Notes: generated from the sequence alone by a model not told the origin. 45,266 nt of DNA from Candidatus Aminicenantes bacterium (GCA_022867325.1 JALHUR010000146.1:1-45266); one strand, 5' to 3'; shown: positions 35,242 to 44,311, counted from the stretch's first letter. Program-made: numbers and translations.

Positions 35242-35270
35242 AATATAAGGGATCGATAGGGGTAAGTCAA
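35242..35270 (-). promoter_or_regulatory. Sigma70-type promoter directly abutting the apgM start
   Basis: On the minus strand: TTGACT (35270-35265), a 17-nt spacer, then TATATT (35247-35242). Only 9 nt separate the -10 from the ATG (35232), and there is no Shine-Dalgarno sequence. Confidence 0.4.
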
Positions 35271-35488
35271 TTTGCGAATTCGAGCGGGAAGCATCTCCAA
35301 AACCGTGGTACAGTCACAGTCAGGTCAGCTGAATCGTCAGCCCGCGGATTTTCCCCAGCGAAGAAAATCCGCTTAGTCCTCGGCTCGCTCCCGATTTGGG
35401 GACCAAGGCTGATTTTCTAAAGTCCACAATTGGTCCCCAAATCAGACCATGCCCGCTCGCCTCCGGATGGCTTCCTCCTCAGCTAACC

Positions 35489-35600
35489 TGACCCGTTCGC
35501 CGACGCCAAGCCCCGCCTTTCAAGGCGGGGATGAGAAGCGAGGCTCAGGGTTAATTCTTTACAAGCCCCGGCCTTCAGGCCGGGGAGTCGAGGATTTGAC
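35489..35600. repeat. Host intergenic mosaic hairpin element, copy B
   Basis: TGACCCGTTCGCCGA (35489-35503); hairpins ccccgcc-tttcaa-ggcgggg and ccccggcc-ttca-ggccgggg; the shared block ggctcagggttaat; ends at TTGAC (35596-35600). Confidence 0.6.
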
Positions 35601-35661
35601 TGTTGATGACACTCTCACGGAAACAGCGATGCTTCCATTCGAATGGGCTGCGCCTTTCGGC

Positions 35662-35692
35662 AAAAAAAAGGCCCGCGGCAATTCCGCGGGCC
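35662..35692 (-). terminator. Rho-independent terminator of the OMP gene
   Basis: A 9-bp GC stem, ggcccgcgg (35670-35678) pairing with ccgcgggcc (35684-35692), with a 5-nt loop. On the minus strand it is followed by T8 (the A-run 35662-35669). It lies 30 nt downstream of the stop at 35722. Confidence 0.8.
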
Positions 35693-35721
35693 TTGCGTGT
35701 TGACCGTAAAGTTGATTCGGC

Positions 35722-36249
35722 CTAATTGAGCTTGAAGGTCACGCCGATGGTGCCGCCGAAGCTCGACCAGTGGCCGACCAGCGATCCGTCAAGGCGGAAG
35801 CTGACGGCGATCTTGGGGTTGAAGTAGTAACGAGCGCCGACGAAGGGGCCGAGCAGGATTCCCGAGGAGCCGACATCGCCCAAGTCCTCATTCTCCGCGT
35901 CCTTCCAGCTGTAGGAATAGATGGCGAAGCCGACATAACCGCCGCCGTAGAGGTCGAATTTCTCGGCCTTGACCTTGGTAAAGTGGTAGGCAACGTCCGC
36001 GGACAGCCCGATGAGCGTGTCCCTGACCCATTCATTGCTCCACGTCCAGAACATGCCCGTACCGCCGACGCCGATATTCTCGGTGATGGCGTACTCGAAG
36101 CTGGCGCCGAAGGGAATGGTCCAGGAGTTGATGCCTATCTGGGGCGTAATGAACTTATTCCCCTTGGCGAATTCCTTTTGCGAAGCCAGGACGGGGGACA
36201 TAAGGACGACAAGACCCAAAAGACCGATGACTAAAGATTTGTACTTCAT
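35722..36249 (-). CDS. Small outer-membrane beta-barrel protein
   Basis: 175 aa. Signal peptide MKYKSLVIGLLGLVVLMSPVLA, then an alternating aromatic/Gly-rich strand pattern to the C-terminus. GGAGG lies 5 nt upstream. Confidence 0.6.
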   Translation of the reverse strand: MKYKSLVIGLLGLVVLMSPVLASQKEFAKGNKFITPQIGINSWTIPFGASFEYAITENIGVGGTGMFWTWSNEWVRDTLIGLSADVAYHFTKVKAEKFDLYGGGYVGFAIYSYSWKDAENEDLGDVGSSGILLGPFVGARYYFNPKIAVSFRLDGSLVGHWSSFGGTIGVTFKLN

Positions 36250-36277
36250 GGAACCTCCGATGCTTTAAATTACTACT

Positions 36278-36306
36278 ATTTTAGTGTAATAAAAGGTTTT
36301 TGTCAA
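36278..36306 (-). promoter_or_regulatory. Sigma70-type promoter of the OMP gene
   Basis: On the minus strand: TTGACA (36306-36301), a 17-nt spacer, then TAAAAT (36283-36278). Confidence 0.55.
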
Positions 36307-36333
36307 TAGCCGCGCCAGGCCGAATCCCCGGCT

Positions 36334-38832
36334 TCAGGACGCCTTGATTTTCCGGTTGGCTTCGCAGAAACGAAGCATCTGCCGGACGACCCGGTCGGCC
36401 GCGTCCGGGGAGCCGTCTTGGGCGGCGAAGGCGGAGACGAACTCGAGAAGGTCGGGCGCCGGGGGCTTCTTCCCGTACTCGTGGAAGACGTTGACGATGG
36501 CCGCGTCCAGGCCGTATTCCCGGGCCTTGGCCAGGTAGGCGCGGCAGACGCCGATCTTCCGCCCCGGCAGGTCGCGGGTGGCGTTGCTGATCCCCAGCGA
36601 GAGGTGGACGCCCTTGAGGGCCGGATCCCGTTTGATGGCCCGGATCGTCTCGAAGGTCCGGTTTGTATAGCCGGAGCGGCCGGGGCTCATCGGCATGTCG
36701 ATCGAGAGCGGAAACACGGTCGAGTCGAAGAAGATGTCGGAAGGGGCGAAACCGTACCGTGCGGTCGCCGCCCGGAACAGGGTCCGGGCCAACTCGTGAA
36801 GCTCCTCGACGTTGTAAACGCCGTCCCGTCCGCCGGACTTTTCGTCGACGAGCAGCCCGATGAACTTGAAGGGAAAGCGGCTCCGCAGGGGCAGGAGCTT
36901 GTCCCTCGTGTAGGTTTTGACGGAATTCAATAGGGGCGGGGCGAGTCCGGCCGGGCCGTCCTCATACCAGGCCTCGAGCCCGGCCTGCAGGACGTCCTCC
37001 GAGCCGCTGTCGACGCTCGCCGGAATCCCCCGGCCGTGCTTTCGGATGAGCCGGACATAATCGCGCATCATGACCATCCGGAAGGCGAGGTCGCTGTCGC
37101 CGAAGGCGTCCACGTTGACGTCGATGTAGGCCGCGCCGTGCCGGACCTGGGCTTCGATCAAGGATACGATATAACGGAGGGCGCCGCTCGGCCGCTCCAT
37201 CGCGCCCGGTCCGAGCGACAGGATCTCCTGCATGGCCGCCGCCGTCTTGGGAATGCTGGCGTGGATGACCTCGCCGAGTTGGATCAGCCGGGCCGCCCCG
37301 GTGTGGTCCCGTTCGAATAAATAATTGAGGATCGACGACGTCCCCTGAAGCGAAGGATCGCGGGCGGGGAGGGCGGTCGAGGACAGCTTGCGCAGGCCCC
37401 GGGGGCCTTCGCTCGCGGCGGCCTCGTAGATGAGCTCGCCGACGCAGCGCCGGTCGGAGTTGTGGCCGCAGGTCCCGTCGGGACGGGAGTCGCCGCAGGG
37501 CGGATTGGCGAGTCCCTTCTCGCATTCGCCGCGGGTGCAGCGGCCGAAATTTTCGGGCAGGAAACAATCGCCGCATTCCTCGCAGTCGTAGAGGAACGTC
37601 TTGACCGCTTTTTCGCCGGCCAGGAAGGCCTTGGTGAGCCCCCCGCGGCCCTCCCGAAGCGATTCGCTGCTCCCGAGGACGCCCTTCAGAGCGGGGTTCA
37701 GACCTTGGCCGGGCGTCAAAAGGGTCGAGTGGAAAATGTCGAAGGTTTTTTTGTGGAGGGTCGCCCGGGGCCGCGAAGGCTCTTTCCGGGATCCGCTCTC
37801 GTCGTAGAGATAAAAGGCCGGCCGCCCCCCGGGGAGTTCCCGGGGCGCGAAGTCGAGATTGTCCCGATAATCGACCCAGCGGGAGCCGATCTCCCGGGCG
37901 CGGCGGAGGATGGCGACGAGCGGGTCGAATCCCCACAGGCCTCCGACGTCGACCCCGGCCGCTCCCAGGTCGCGATACATGGCGACCTGCTGGGCGGCCC
38001 GCTCCAAGTGGTCGGGAAGCTTCTCGTGGATGACCTTGTCGAAAAGCTCCCGGGTGACGACGCAGCCGCGGAGCTTGCCTTCGACCATCAGGCGGGGGGC
38101 GTTGGTCGTGGTCGATAGGACGTAAACGTTGCCGAACACGGGGATGTTGAAACCCTCGTCCCGGAGGAGGAGGACGAGCTCGCGGCTCTTGCGCCAGTCC
38201 CAGCCCAACTGCGTGATCAAGGCCCCGGCCCCGGCCCGGATTTTCTTGCCCAGCTTGAAATACTGCTGACGGACGGAGGCCTCCGTGTACTTGAAGGGCG
38301 AGACGGCGGCCAGGACGTGGAACCGATGGACGGCGTCGTAGCCGCCGGGCGAAGCCCGCTGGAAAGAATCGGCGTTCAGATCCTGGATAAGCTCGATCAA
38401 CCCGATCGAATCGACCTCGAACACCCCCCGTCCCGACGCCGGCAGGTCGCCGGTGACGGCCAGCACGGACTCGACGCCGAGCTTTTCCAGCCCGGCCAGA
38501 TAGGCGCGCAGGGCTTCCGCGCTGTGGTCTTTGGCCGAGACGTGGGCGATTACGTCGAGGCCGGCCCAGCCCCGGGCTTTTTCGACGGCCGCGTAAATAT
38601 CGGCCGGGCTCAGCGACGCGACGCCGCCCGGGCTCTGGGGCAGGGCGATTCCGGCGAGCAGGACATCGTCGGGAAGAGCGCCGCCGCTCCGCTCATAGGC
38701 TTCCAAGAATGCCGTGATGGGCTTCAGATCGTGCCCGGGACCGGGAAGGAGCTCGGCCAGGACCAGAAAGGGACGCCTCCCTTTGTCCGGCTCGAGGAGC
38801 CGGCTGAGTCTGTTCGGAAGATCCTGTTTCAT
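36334..38832 (-). CDS. Fusion protein: methylenetetrahydrofolate reductase domain + Cys-rich MTHFR C-terminal-type domain + pterin-binding (methyl-THF methyltransferase-like) domain
   Basis: 832 aa. The N-terminus is MetF-like (VIAHVSAKDHS...VLAVTGDLP). The middle is a Cys cluster, CEECGDCFLPENFGRCTRGECEKGLANPPCGDSRPDGTCGHN. The C-terminus is pterin-binding-like (YIDVNVDAF, HLSLGISNATRDLPGRK, GLDAAIVNV). Confidence 0.75.
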   Translation of the reverse strand: MKQDLPNRLSRLLEPDKGRRPFLVLAELLPGPGHDLKPITAFLEAYERSGGALPDDVLLAGIALPQSPGGVASLSPADIYAAVEKARGWAGLDVIAHVSAKDHSAEALRAYLAGLEKLGVESVLAVTGDLPASGRGVFEVDSIGLIELIQDLNADSFQRASPGGYDAVHRFHVLAAVSPFKYTEASVRQQYFKLGKKIRAGAGALITQLGWDWRKSRELVLLLRDEGFNIPVFGNVYVLSTTTNAPRLMVEGKLRGCVVTRELFDKVIHEKLPDHLERAAQQVAMYRDLGAAGVDVGGLWGFDPLVAILRRAREIGSRWVDYRDNLDFAPRELPGGRPAFYLYDESGSRKEPSRPRATLHKKTFDIFHSTLLTPGQGLNPALKGVLGSSESLREGRGGLTKAFLAGEKAVKTFLYDCEECGDCFLPENFGRCTRGECEKGLANPPCGDSRPDGTCGHNSDRRCVGELIYEAAASEGPRGLRKLSSTALPARDPSLQGTSSILNYLFERDHTGAARLIQLGEVIHASIPKTAAAMQEILSLGPGAMERPSGALRYIVSLIEAQVRHGAAYIDVNVDAFGDSDLAFRMVMMRDYVRLIRKHGRGIPASVDSGSEDVLQAGLEAWYEDGPAGLAPPLLNSVKTYTRDKLLPLRSRFPFKFIGLLVDEKSGGRDGVYNVEELHELARTLFRAATARYGFAPSDIFFDSTVFPLSIDMPMSPGRSGYTNRTFETIRAIKRDPALKGVHLSLGISNATRDLPGRKIGVCRAYLAKAREYGLDAAIVNVFHEYGKKPPAPDLLEFVSAFAAQDGSPDAADRVVRQMLRFCEANRKIKAS

Positions 38833-38882
38833 GCTTTATTCCCGGCCGCAAGCGATATTTCTCCCTCCGGCCTGAATACATT

Positions 38883-38911
38883 CTTATAGCGGTTTCCCCG
38901 AAGGATTTCAA
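38883..38911 (-). promoter_or_regulatory. Candidate promoter of the MTHFR-fusion gene
   Basis: On the minus strand: TTGAAA (38911-38906), a 17-nt spacer, then TATAAG (38888-38883). An unusually AT-rich tract at 38915-38970 lies upstream. Confidence 0.35.
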
Positions 38912-38970
38912 CTGAATTCTTGGCTTTTTCTAATACATATATTTCTTGTCTTTCTTGCTAATTATTATAT

Positions 38971-39208
38971 TTGACCCGTTCGCCAACGCTACCCCGCCCT
39001 GCAAGGCGGGGCTTTGAATCGGAGCCCAGCCTTGCAGTACTCATAGCTTCCATGAGTGCCGCCTTTCAATACCCATGAACCGTTTCCGGCTTATGAGTGC
39101 CGGCATTCATGCCGGGGAGCAGCCTTGCAGCACACATAAGCCGTAAACGGCTTATGAGTACTGCGAAACGCCTGCACTCATGGCTTCCATGAGTGTCGAG
39201 GGGTTGAC
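38971..39208. repeat. Host intergenic mosaic hairpin element, copy C (largest; internally duplicated)
   Basis: It starts with TTGACCCGTTCGCCAA (38971-38986), followed by the hairpin ccccgcc-ctgcaa-ggcgggg. Two units then each begin agccttgcag (39028 and 39121) and carry the hairpins actcat..atgagt, cataagccg-taaa-cggcttatg, ccggcat-tc-atgccgg and actcatgg-cttc-ccatgagt. It ends at TTGAC (39204-39208). Confidence 0.65.
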
Positions 39209-39242
39209 TTGGATAGAGGCGCGCCTTGCGCGCCGGTTCGGG

Positions 39243-39271
39243 TTTACAACCCGGATTCGCTCTGATAAAAT
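39243..39271 (+). promoter_or_regulatory. Candidate promoter directly abutting the guaA start
   Basis: TTTACA (39243-39248), a 17-nt spacer, then TAAAAT (39266-39271). The ATG at 39278 lies 6 nt after the -10, and there is no Shine-Dalgarno sequence. Confidence 0.4.
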
Positions 39272-39277
39272 CTGAAC

Positions 39278-40813
39278 ATGCATAAGGTCCTTGTCCTCGA
39301 TTTCGGGTCGCAGTACACGCAGCTGATCGCCCGCAAGGTCCGCGAACTCGGCGTCTACTCCGAAATCCAACCCTTCTCGACGCCGCTCGCCCGGATCCGC
39401 AAGGGTGCCTTCGACGCGATCATCCTCTCGGGCGGTCCGCAGAGCGTTTACGGAAAGGGGGCCCCGTCGGTCGACCGGGGAGTATTCGATCTTGGAATCC
39501 CGATCCTGGGAGTTTGCTACGGGCTTCAACTCATGACCTATCTCCTGGGCGGCCAGGTCGTCCCCTCGGCCCGCCGCGAGTACGGGTTCGCATCCCTCCG
39601 TCCCCAAAACCGGCGCGGGCTTCTGGCCGGAATCGGCGACCGAAGCCAGGTCTGGATGAGCCACGGCGATAAGGCCGAGCGGGTCCCCCCCGGCTTCGCG
39701 GTCACGGCCCGCACATCGAACACAAAGATCGCCGCGATGGAGGATCCCGCCCGCCGCTTCTACGGCGTTCAGTTTCATCCCGAAGTCATCCACACCCGGC
39801 AGGGCAAGAAAATCCTGTCGAATTTTCTGTTTCGGATCGCGGGCCTCGCTCCGGACTGGAGCATAAGCTCGTTCATCCAAAGAAAGGTCCGGGAGATCCG
39901 CGCCCAGGTCGGCCCCCGGCGCAGGGTCATCTGCGGCCTGAGCGGCGGCGTCGACAGCCTGGTCACGGCCCTCCTGGTTCAGCGGGCGGTCGGCCGGCGC
40001 CTCGTCTGCGTCTTTGTCGACAACGGCCTCCTCCGCAAGAACCAGTTCGCCGAGCTGATGGCCAAGTTCAAGGACCGGTTCGACCTCAACGTCGTCGGCG
40101 TGGACGCCTCGCGCTATTTCCTGGAGCGGCTCCGGGGCGTCGTTCCGCCCGAGCGCAAACGGAAAGTCATCGGCGGAGCCTTCATCCGTGTCTTCGAGCG
40201 GGAGGCCCGCAAGATCGGCGGGTCCGACTTCCTGGCCCAAGGGACGATCTATCCCGACGTCATAGAGAGCGCCCCGGTCAAGGGCCCGTCCTCGACCATC
40301 AAGTCCCACCACAACGTGGGCGGACTGCCGCCCGGCCTTCGCTTCAAGCTGATCGAACCGCTCCGGGAGCTGTTCAAGGACGAGGTCCGCGCCATGGGCG
40401 TCGAGCTGGGCATCGACCGCGAATTCATCCAGCAGCATCCTTTCCCCGGGCCCGGGCTGGCCGTCCGGATCGTGGGCGAGGTCACCCCGGACCGCGTCCG
40501 GACCCTCCAGGACGCCGATGCCGTCCTCCTCGACGAGGTCCGCAGGGCCGGGATCTACCGCCGCCTCTGGCAGGCTTTCGCCGTCCTGCTCCCGGTCCGC
40601 TCGGTCGGCGTCATGGGCGACCGCCGGACCTACCAGCGGGTTGTGGTCGCCCGGCTGGTCGAGAGCGTGGATGGGATGACGGCCCAATGGTACCCGGCCT
40701 CGTCCCGGCTGCTGGCCCGGATCTCGACCCGGATCGTCAACGAAGTCGAGGGCGTCAACCGCGTCGTCTTCGACGTCACGACCAAACCGCCCGCGACGAT
40801 CGAGTGGGAGTAG
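39278..40813 (+). CDS. guaA: GMP synthase (glutamine-hydrolysing)
   Basis: 511 aa. GATase Cys in GVCYGLQLM, PP-loop GLSGGVDS, C-terminal dimerisation block ending PPATIEWE. Confidence 0.97.
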   Translation: MHKVLVLDFGSQYTQLIARKVRELGVYSEIQPFSTPLARIRKGAFDAIILSGGPQSVYGKGAPSVDRGVFDLGIPILGVCYGLQLMTYLLGGQVVPSARREYGFASLRPQNRRGLLAGIGDRSQVWMSHGDKAERVPPGFAVTARTSNTKIAAMEDPARRFYGVQFHPEVIHTRQGKKILSNFLFRIAGLAPDWSISSFIQRKVREIRAQVGPRRRVICGLSGGVDSLVTALLVQRAVGRRLVCVFVDNGLLRKNQFAELMAKFKDRFDLNVVGVDASRYFLERLRGVVPPERKRKVIGGAFIRVFEREARKIGGSDFLAQGTIYPDVIESAPVKGPSSTIKSHHNVGGLPPGLRFKLIEPLRELFKDEVRAMGVELGIDREFIQQHPFPGPGLAVRIVGEVTPDRVRTLQDADAVLLDEVRRAGIYRRLWQAFAVLLPVRSVGVMGDRRTYQRVVVARLVESVDGMTAQWYPASSRLLARISTRIVNEVEGVNRVVFDVTTKPPATIEWE

Positions 40814-40831
40814 GAAGGGGGCGAAACCGAC

Positions 40832-43800
40832 ATGGGCGATCCCTTCATCCATCTTCACACCCACTCGGAGTACAGCGTCCTCGACGGCGCGCTTAAAGTC
40901 AAAGACATGCTCGAGACGGCCCGCGCCCTCCGCATGCCGGCCGTCGCCCTGACCGATCACGGCAATATCTTCGGCGCCGTCGATTTCTTCAAGCAGGCCA
41001 AGAAACAGGACATCAAGCCCATCCTCGGCACCGAGGCCTACGTCGCCCCGCGCAGCCGGCTCGAAAAGGGGAGCGTCGACAGCGAGGTCCACCACTTCCA
41101 CCTCGTCCTCCTCGTCAAGAACGAAGAGGGCTACCGGAACCTCTGCCGGCTCATCACCCAGAGCTATATCGAGGGCTTTTACTACCGGCCCCGGATCGAC
41201 AAGGAGCTGCTGGCCCGGCACAGCCGCGGCCTGATCGGCCTGTCGAGCTGCCTCAAGGGCGAGGTCAGCTACCTCATCGGCAAAGGATTCGAGGCGGACG
41301 CGGAACGGACCGCCCTCGAATACGCGGGCATCTTCGCCAAGGGCGACTTCTACCTCGAGCTCCAGGACCACGGCCTCCCGCCCCAGAAGGCCGTCAACGC
41401 CGGCCTCGTCCGCCTGGCCCGCAAACACGGCCTCCCCTTGGTCGCGACCAACGACGTCCACTACCTCCGCAAGGAGGACTCCGAAAGCCACGACGTCCTT
41501 CTCTGCATCCAAACGAACAAGAAGGTCACCGACCAGGACCGGATCCGGTTCGGCTCGACCGAGTTCTACTTCAAATCCGGCGAAGAGATGAAGGCCCTGT
41601 TCGGCGAGGTCCCCGACGCCCTCCACAACACGCTCCACATCGCCGCCCAGTGCGAGTTCCGCTTCCCGTCATCGGGCTACTTCCTCCCTCACTTCAAGCC
41701 GCCCGACGGCGCGGAGCTTTCGGACTACTTCGCCCGGGTCGCCCGGCTGGGCTTCGCCGAGCGGCTGCCCGGAATCGAGGAGAGGCGGCGCAAGGGCGAG
41801 GTCAGCCATTCCCTCGACGAGTACGAGGAGCGGCTCGAGCGGGAGATCAAGCTGATCCAGTCCATGAAGTTCGAAGGCTACTTCCTGATCGTCTGGGACC
41901 TTATCCGGGCCGCCCGCGAGAAAGGCATTCCGGTCGGGCCGGGCCGCGGCTCGGCGGCCGGGAGCATCGTCTCCTGGAGCTTGGGCATCACCGAGATCGA
42001 CCCGATCGAGTACGACCTCCTGTTCGAACGCTTCCTGAACCCGGAGCGGATCAGCCTCCCCGATATCGACATCGACTTCTGCGGCCGGCGCCGGGGCGAG
42101 GTCCTGTCCTACGTGACTCAAAAGTACGGCCAGGAGAACGTCTGCCAGATCATCACCTTCGGGACGATGGCCGCCCGCGGCGCCGTCCGGGACGTGGGCC
42201 GGGCCCTCGAGGTCCCGCTGCCCGAGGTCGACCGGATCGCCAAGATGATCCCGTTCGGCCCGGATTCGACGATCGCCGAAGCCCTCAAGAACATCCCCGC
42301 CCTCCGGGAGCTGCGGAACGGCAACGCCAAAATCGCCCATCTCATGACGATCGCCGAGAGACTCGAGGGCCAGGTTCGGCACCCCTCGATCCACGCCGCC
42401 GGGATCGTCATCACCCCCAAGCCCTTGGTCGAGTACATGCCCCTCTACCAGTCGGCCAAGGGCGAAATCACGACCCAGTTCCCGATGGGCGACATCGAGG
42501 CTATCGGGCTCCTCAAGATGGACCTGCTCGGCCTGCGAAACCTGACCGTCATCCGGGACACGATCGAGCTCGTCGAGAAGGACATGGGCGAGCGGATCGA
42601 CCTGGCGGCCATCCCTCCCGACGATCCGGCGACCTTCCGGCTCTTCCAGACCGGGAACACGGACGGCGTTTTCCAGTTCGAAAGCCACGGCATGAAGGAC
42701 CTTCTCCGCTCCTACGGGCCGGAGACCTTCCGCGATTTGATCGCCATGAACGCCCTCTACCGGCCCGGTCCGCTCAAGAGCGGGATGACCGATCAGTTCA
42801 TCAAGCGCAAGCGCCATCCCGAGCAGGCGACGGTCGAGTTTCCCGAATTCGAGCCCGTCCTCAAGGAGACGCGCGGGATCATCGTCTACCAGGAACAGGT
42901 CATGAAGATCGCGACCGAGCTGGCCGGGTTCAGCCTGGCCGAGGCCGACCTCCTCCGCAAGGCCATGGGCAAGAAGGTCGCCGAGATCATGGAGGAGCAG
43001 AAGCAGCGCTTCCTGCAGGGCGCCCAGAAGAAGGGCCTCAGCAAAGGCCGGGCCGGCAAGATCTTCGACCAGATTCGGCATTTCGCCGAGTATGGGTTCA
43101 ACAAGTCCCACAGCGCCGCCTACGCCTACCTCGCCTACCAAACGGCCTATCTCAAGGCCCACTACCCCGTCCATTTCCTGGCCGCCCTCCTGACCTCGGA
43201 GGCCGAGCGGGGTTCCACCCCGCAGCTCTGGAAGTACATCAACGAGTGCCAGGCGATGGGGATCAAGGTCTTGCCCCCCGACATCAACGAGAGCGGGCTG
43301 AGCTTCACGGTTTTGCGCGGGGCGATCCGCTTCGGCCTGGGCGCCATCAAGAACGTGGGCGAAGCGGCCGTCCTGGCCATCCTGAGGGCCCGCGAGAAGA
43401 AAGGCCGCTTCGGGACGCCGTTCGAGATTTTCGAGGAGACGGAACCCCATGTCATCAACCGCAAGGTCATCGAGAGCCTGACCAAGGCCGGCGCCTTCGA
43501 TTCGCTGGGCTGGAAGCGGTCCCAGCTTTTCCATCTTCTCGACGAGATGATCGACTACGCCCACGGCCTCCAGAAAATCCAGTCGACCCGGCAGTCGTTG
43601 CTCTTCGGCGCCGGGGAGATGAACGGGCCGGCCGTGCCCGAGGAGGTCCGGGGCATGAGCGAGTGGGACGAGCCGCATTTCCTGTCCTACGAGAAGGACG
43701 TCCTGGGCTTTTACATCACCGGCCATCCCCTGACCCAGTACGAGAAGCGGCTCAAGCGGCTCATCTCCCATTTCCTGGGTGACCTGGATGACGAGAGGGA

Positions 43801-44311
43801 CGCCAACACCGACATCCGGGTGGCCGGGATCATCGTCGCCGTCAAGCCGACCAAGACCAAAAAGGACGAACGGATGGCCGTCCTATCCCTCGAGGACCTG
43901 ACCGGCCGGGTCGAAGTCGTCATCTTCCCGGACGCCTACAAGCGCACCTTCGAGCTTCTCCGCGAAGGCGCCCTGGTCTGGATCAAGGGCCGCTTCCAAG
44001 TCGACGGCGAGAATCGCAAGATCATTTTGTCCCAGATCATGCTCCTCGAGGACGCCTTCCTCAAGCAGGCCAAGCGGTTCGTCCTCAAGGTCTTCCTGCC
44101 CGGCCTGGAGGAATCCTTGGTTCACGAGCTCCACAGCCTCCTCAACGATCACCCGGGAGGCTGCCCCGTCTACTTCGAGCTCGAAATACCCCATGCCTAT
44201 AAAATCGTCGCTCGTTCCGTCGAGGTCCAGTCCGTCTCCCCCTCGGACGAGCTCGTCCTCCTGGTCGAGGGGCTTCTCGGAGAGAACTCGGTCGTCATCG
44301 ACTACGCCTGA
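40832..44311 (+). CDS. dnaE: DNA polymerase III alpha subunit
   Basis: 1159 aa. PHP domain FIHLHTHSEYSVLDGA; polymerase core (GPGRGSAAGS, PDIDIDF); OB-fold C-terminal region. Confidence 0.97.
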   Translation: MGDPFIHLHTHSEYSVLDGALKVKDMLETARALRMPAVALTDHGNIFGAVDFFKQAKKQDIKPILGTEAYVAPRSRLEKGSVDSEVHHFHLVLLVKNEEGYRNLCRLITQSYIEGFYYRPRIDKELLARHSRGLIGLSSCLKGEVSYLIGKGFEADAERTALEYAGIFAKGDFYLELQDHGLPPQKAVNAGLVRLARKHGLPLVATNDVHYLRKEDSESHDVLLCIQTNKKVTDQDRIRFGSTEFYFKSGEEMKALFGEVPDALHNTLHIAAQCEFRFPSSGYFLPHFKPPDGAELSDYFARVARLGFAERLPGIEERRRKGEVSHSLDEYEERLEREIKLIQSMKFEGYFLIVWDLIRAAREKGIPVGPGRGSAAGSIVSWSLGITEIDPIEYDLLFERFLNPERISLPDIDIDFCGRRRGEVLSYVTQKYGQENVCQIITFGTMAARGAVRDVGRALEVPLPEVDRIAKMIPFGPDSTIAEALKNIPALRELRNGNAKIAHLMTIAERLEGQVRHPSIHAAGIVITPKPLVEYMPLYQSAKGEITTQFPMGDIEAIGLLKMDLLGLRNLTVIRDTIELVEKDMGERIDLAAIPPDDPATFRLFQTGNTDGVFQFESHGMKDLLRSYGPETFRDLIAMNALYRPGPLKSGMTDQFIKRKRHPEQATVEFPEFEPVLKETRGIIVYQEQVMKIATELAGFSLAEADLLRKAMGKKVAEIMEEQKQRFLQGAQKKGLSKGRAGKIFDQIRHFAEYGFNKSHSAAYAYLAYQTAYLKAHYPVHFLAALLTSEAERGSTPQLWKYINECQAMGIKVLPPDINESGLSFTVLRGAIRFGLGAIKNVGEAAVLAILRAREKKGRFGTPFEIFEETEPHVINRKVIESLTKAGAFDSLGWKRSQLFHLLDEMIDYAHGLQKIQSTRQSLLFGAGEMNGPAVPEEVRGMSEWDEPHFLSYEKDVLGFYITGHPLTQYEKRLKRLISHFLGDLDDERDANTDIRVAGIIVAVKPTKTKKDERMAVLSLEDLTGRVEVVIFPDAYKRTFELLREGALVWIKGRFQVDGENRKIILSQIMLLEDAFLKQAKRFVLKVFLPGLEESLVHELHSLLNDHPGGCPVYFELEIPHAYKIVARSVEVQSVSPSDELVLLVEGLLGENSVVIDYA

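Noticed and set aside
38971-39208. A CRISPR array, because of the multiple short palindromes in tandem
   Set aside because: There is no regularly spaced identical repeat. The units differ in sequence and spacing, and no cas genes are present. It is better described as a REP/BIME-like mosaic.
39152-41638. 828-aa minus-strand ORF, together with 41669..43771 (-) and 41650..43782 (+)
   Set aside because: These overlap guaA and dnaE in antisense or alternative frames, and their products are Arg/Gly/Pro/Asp-rich. Shadow frames.
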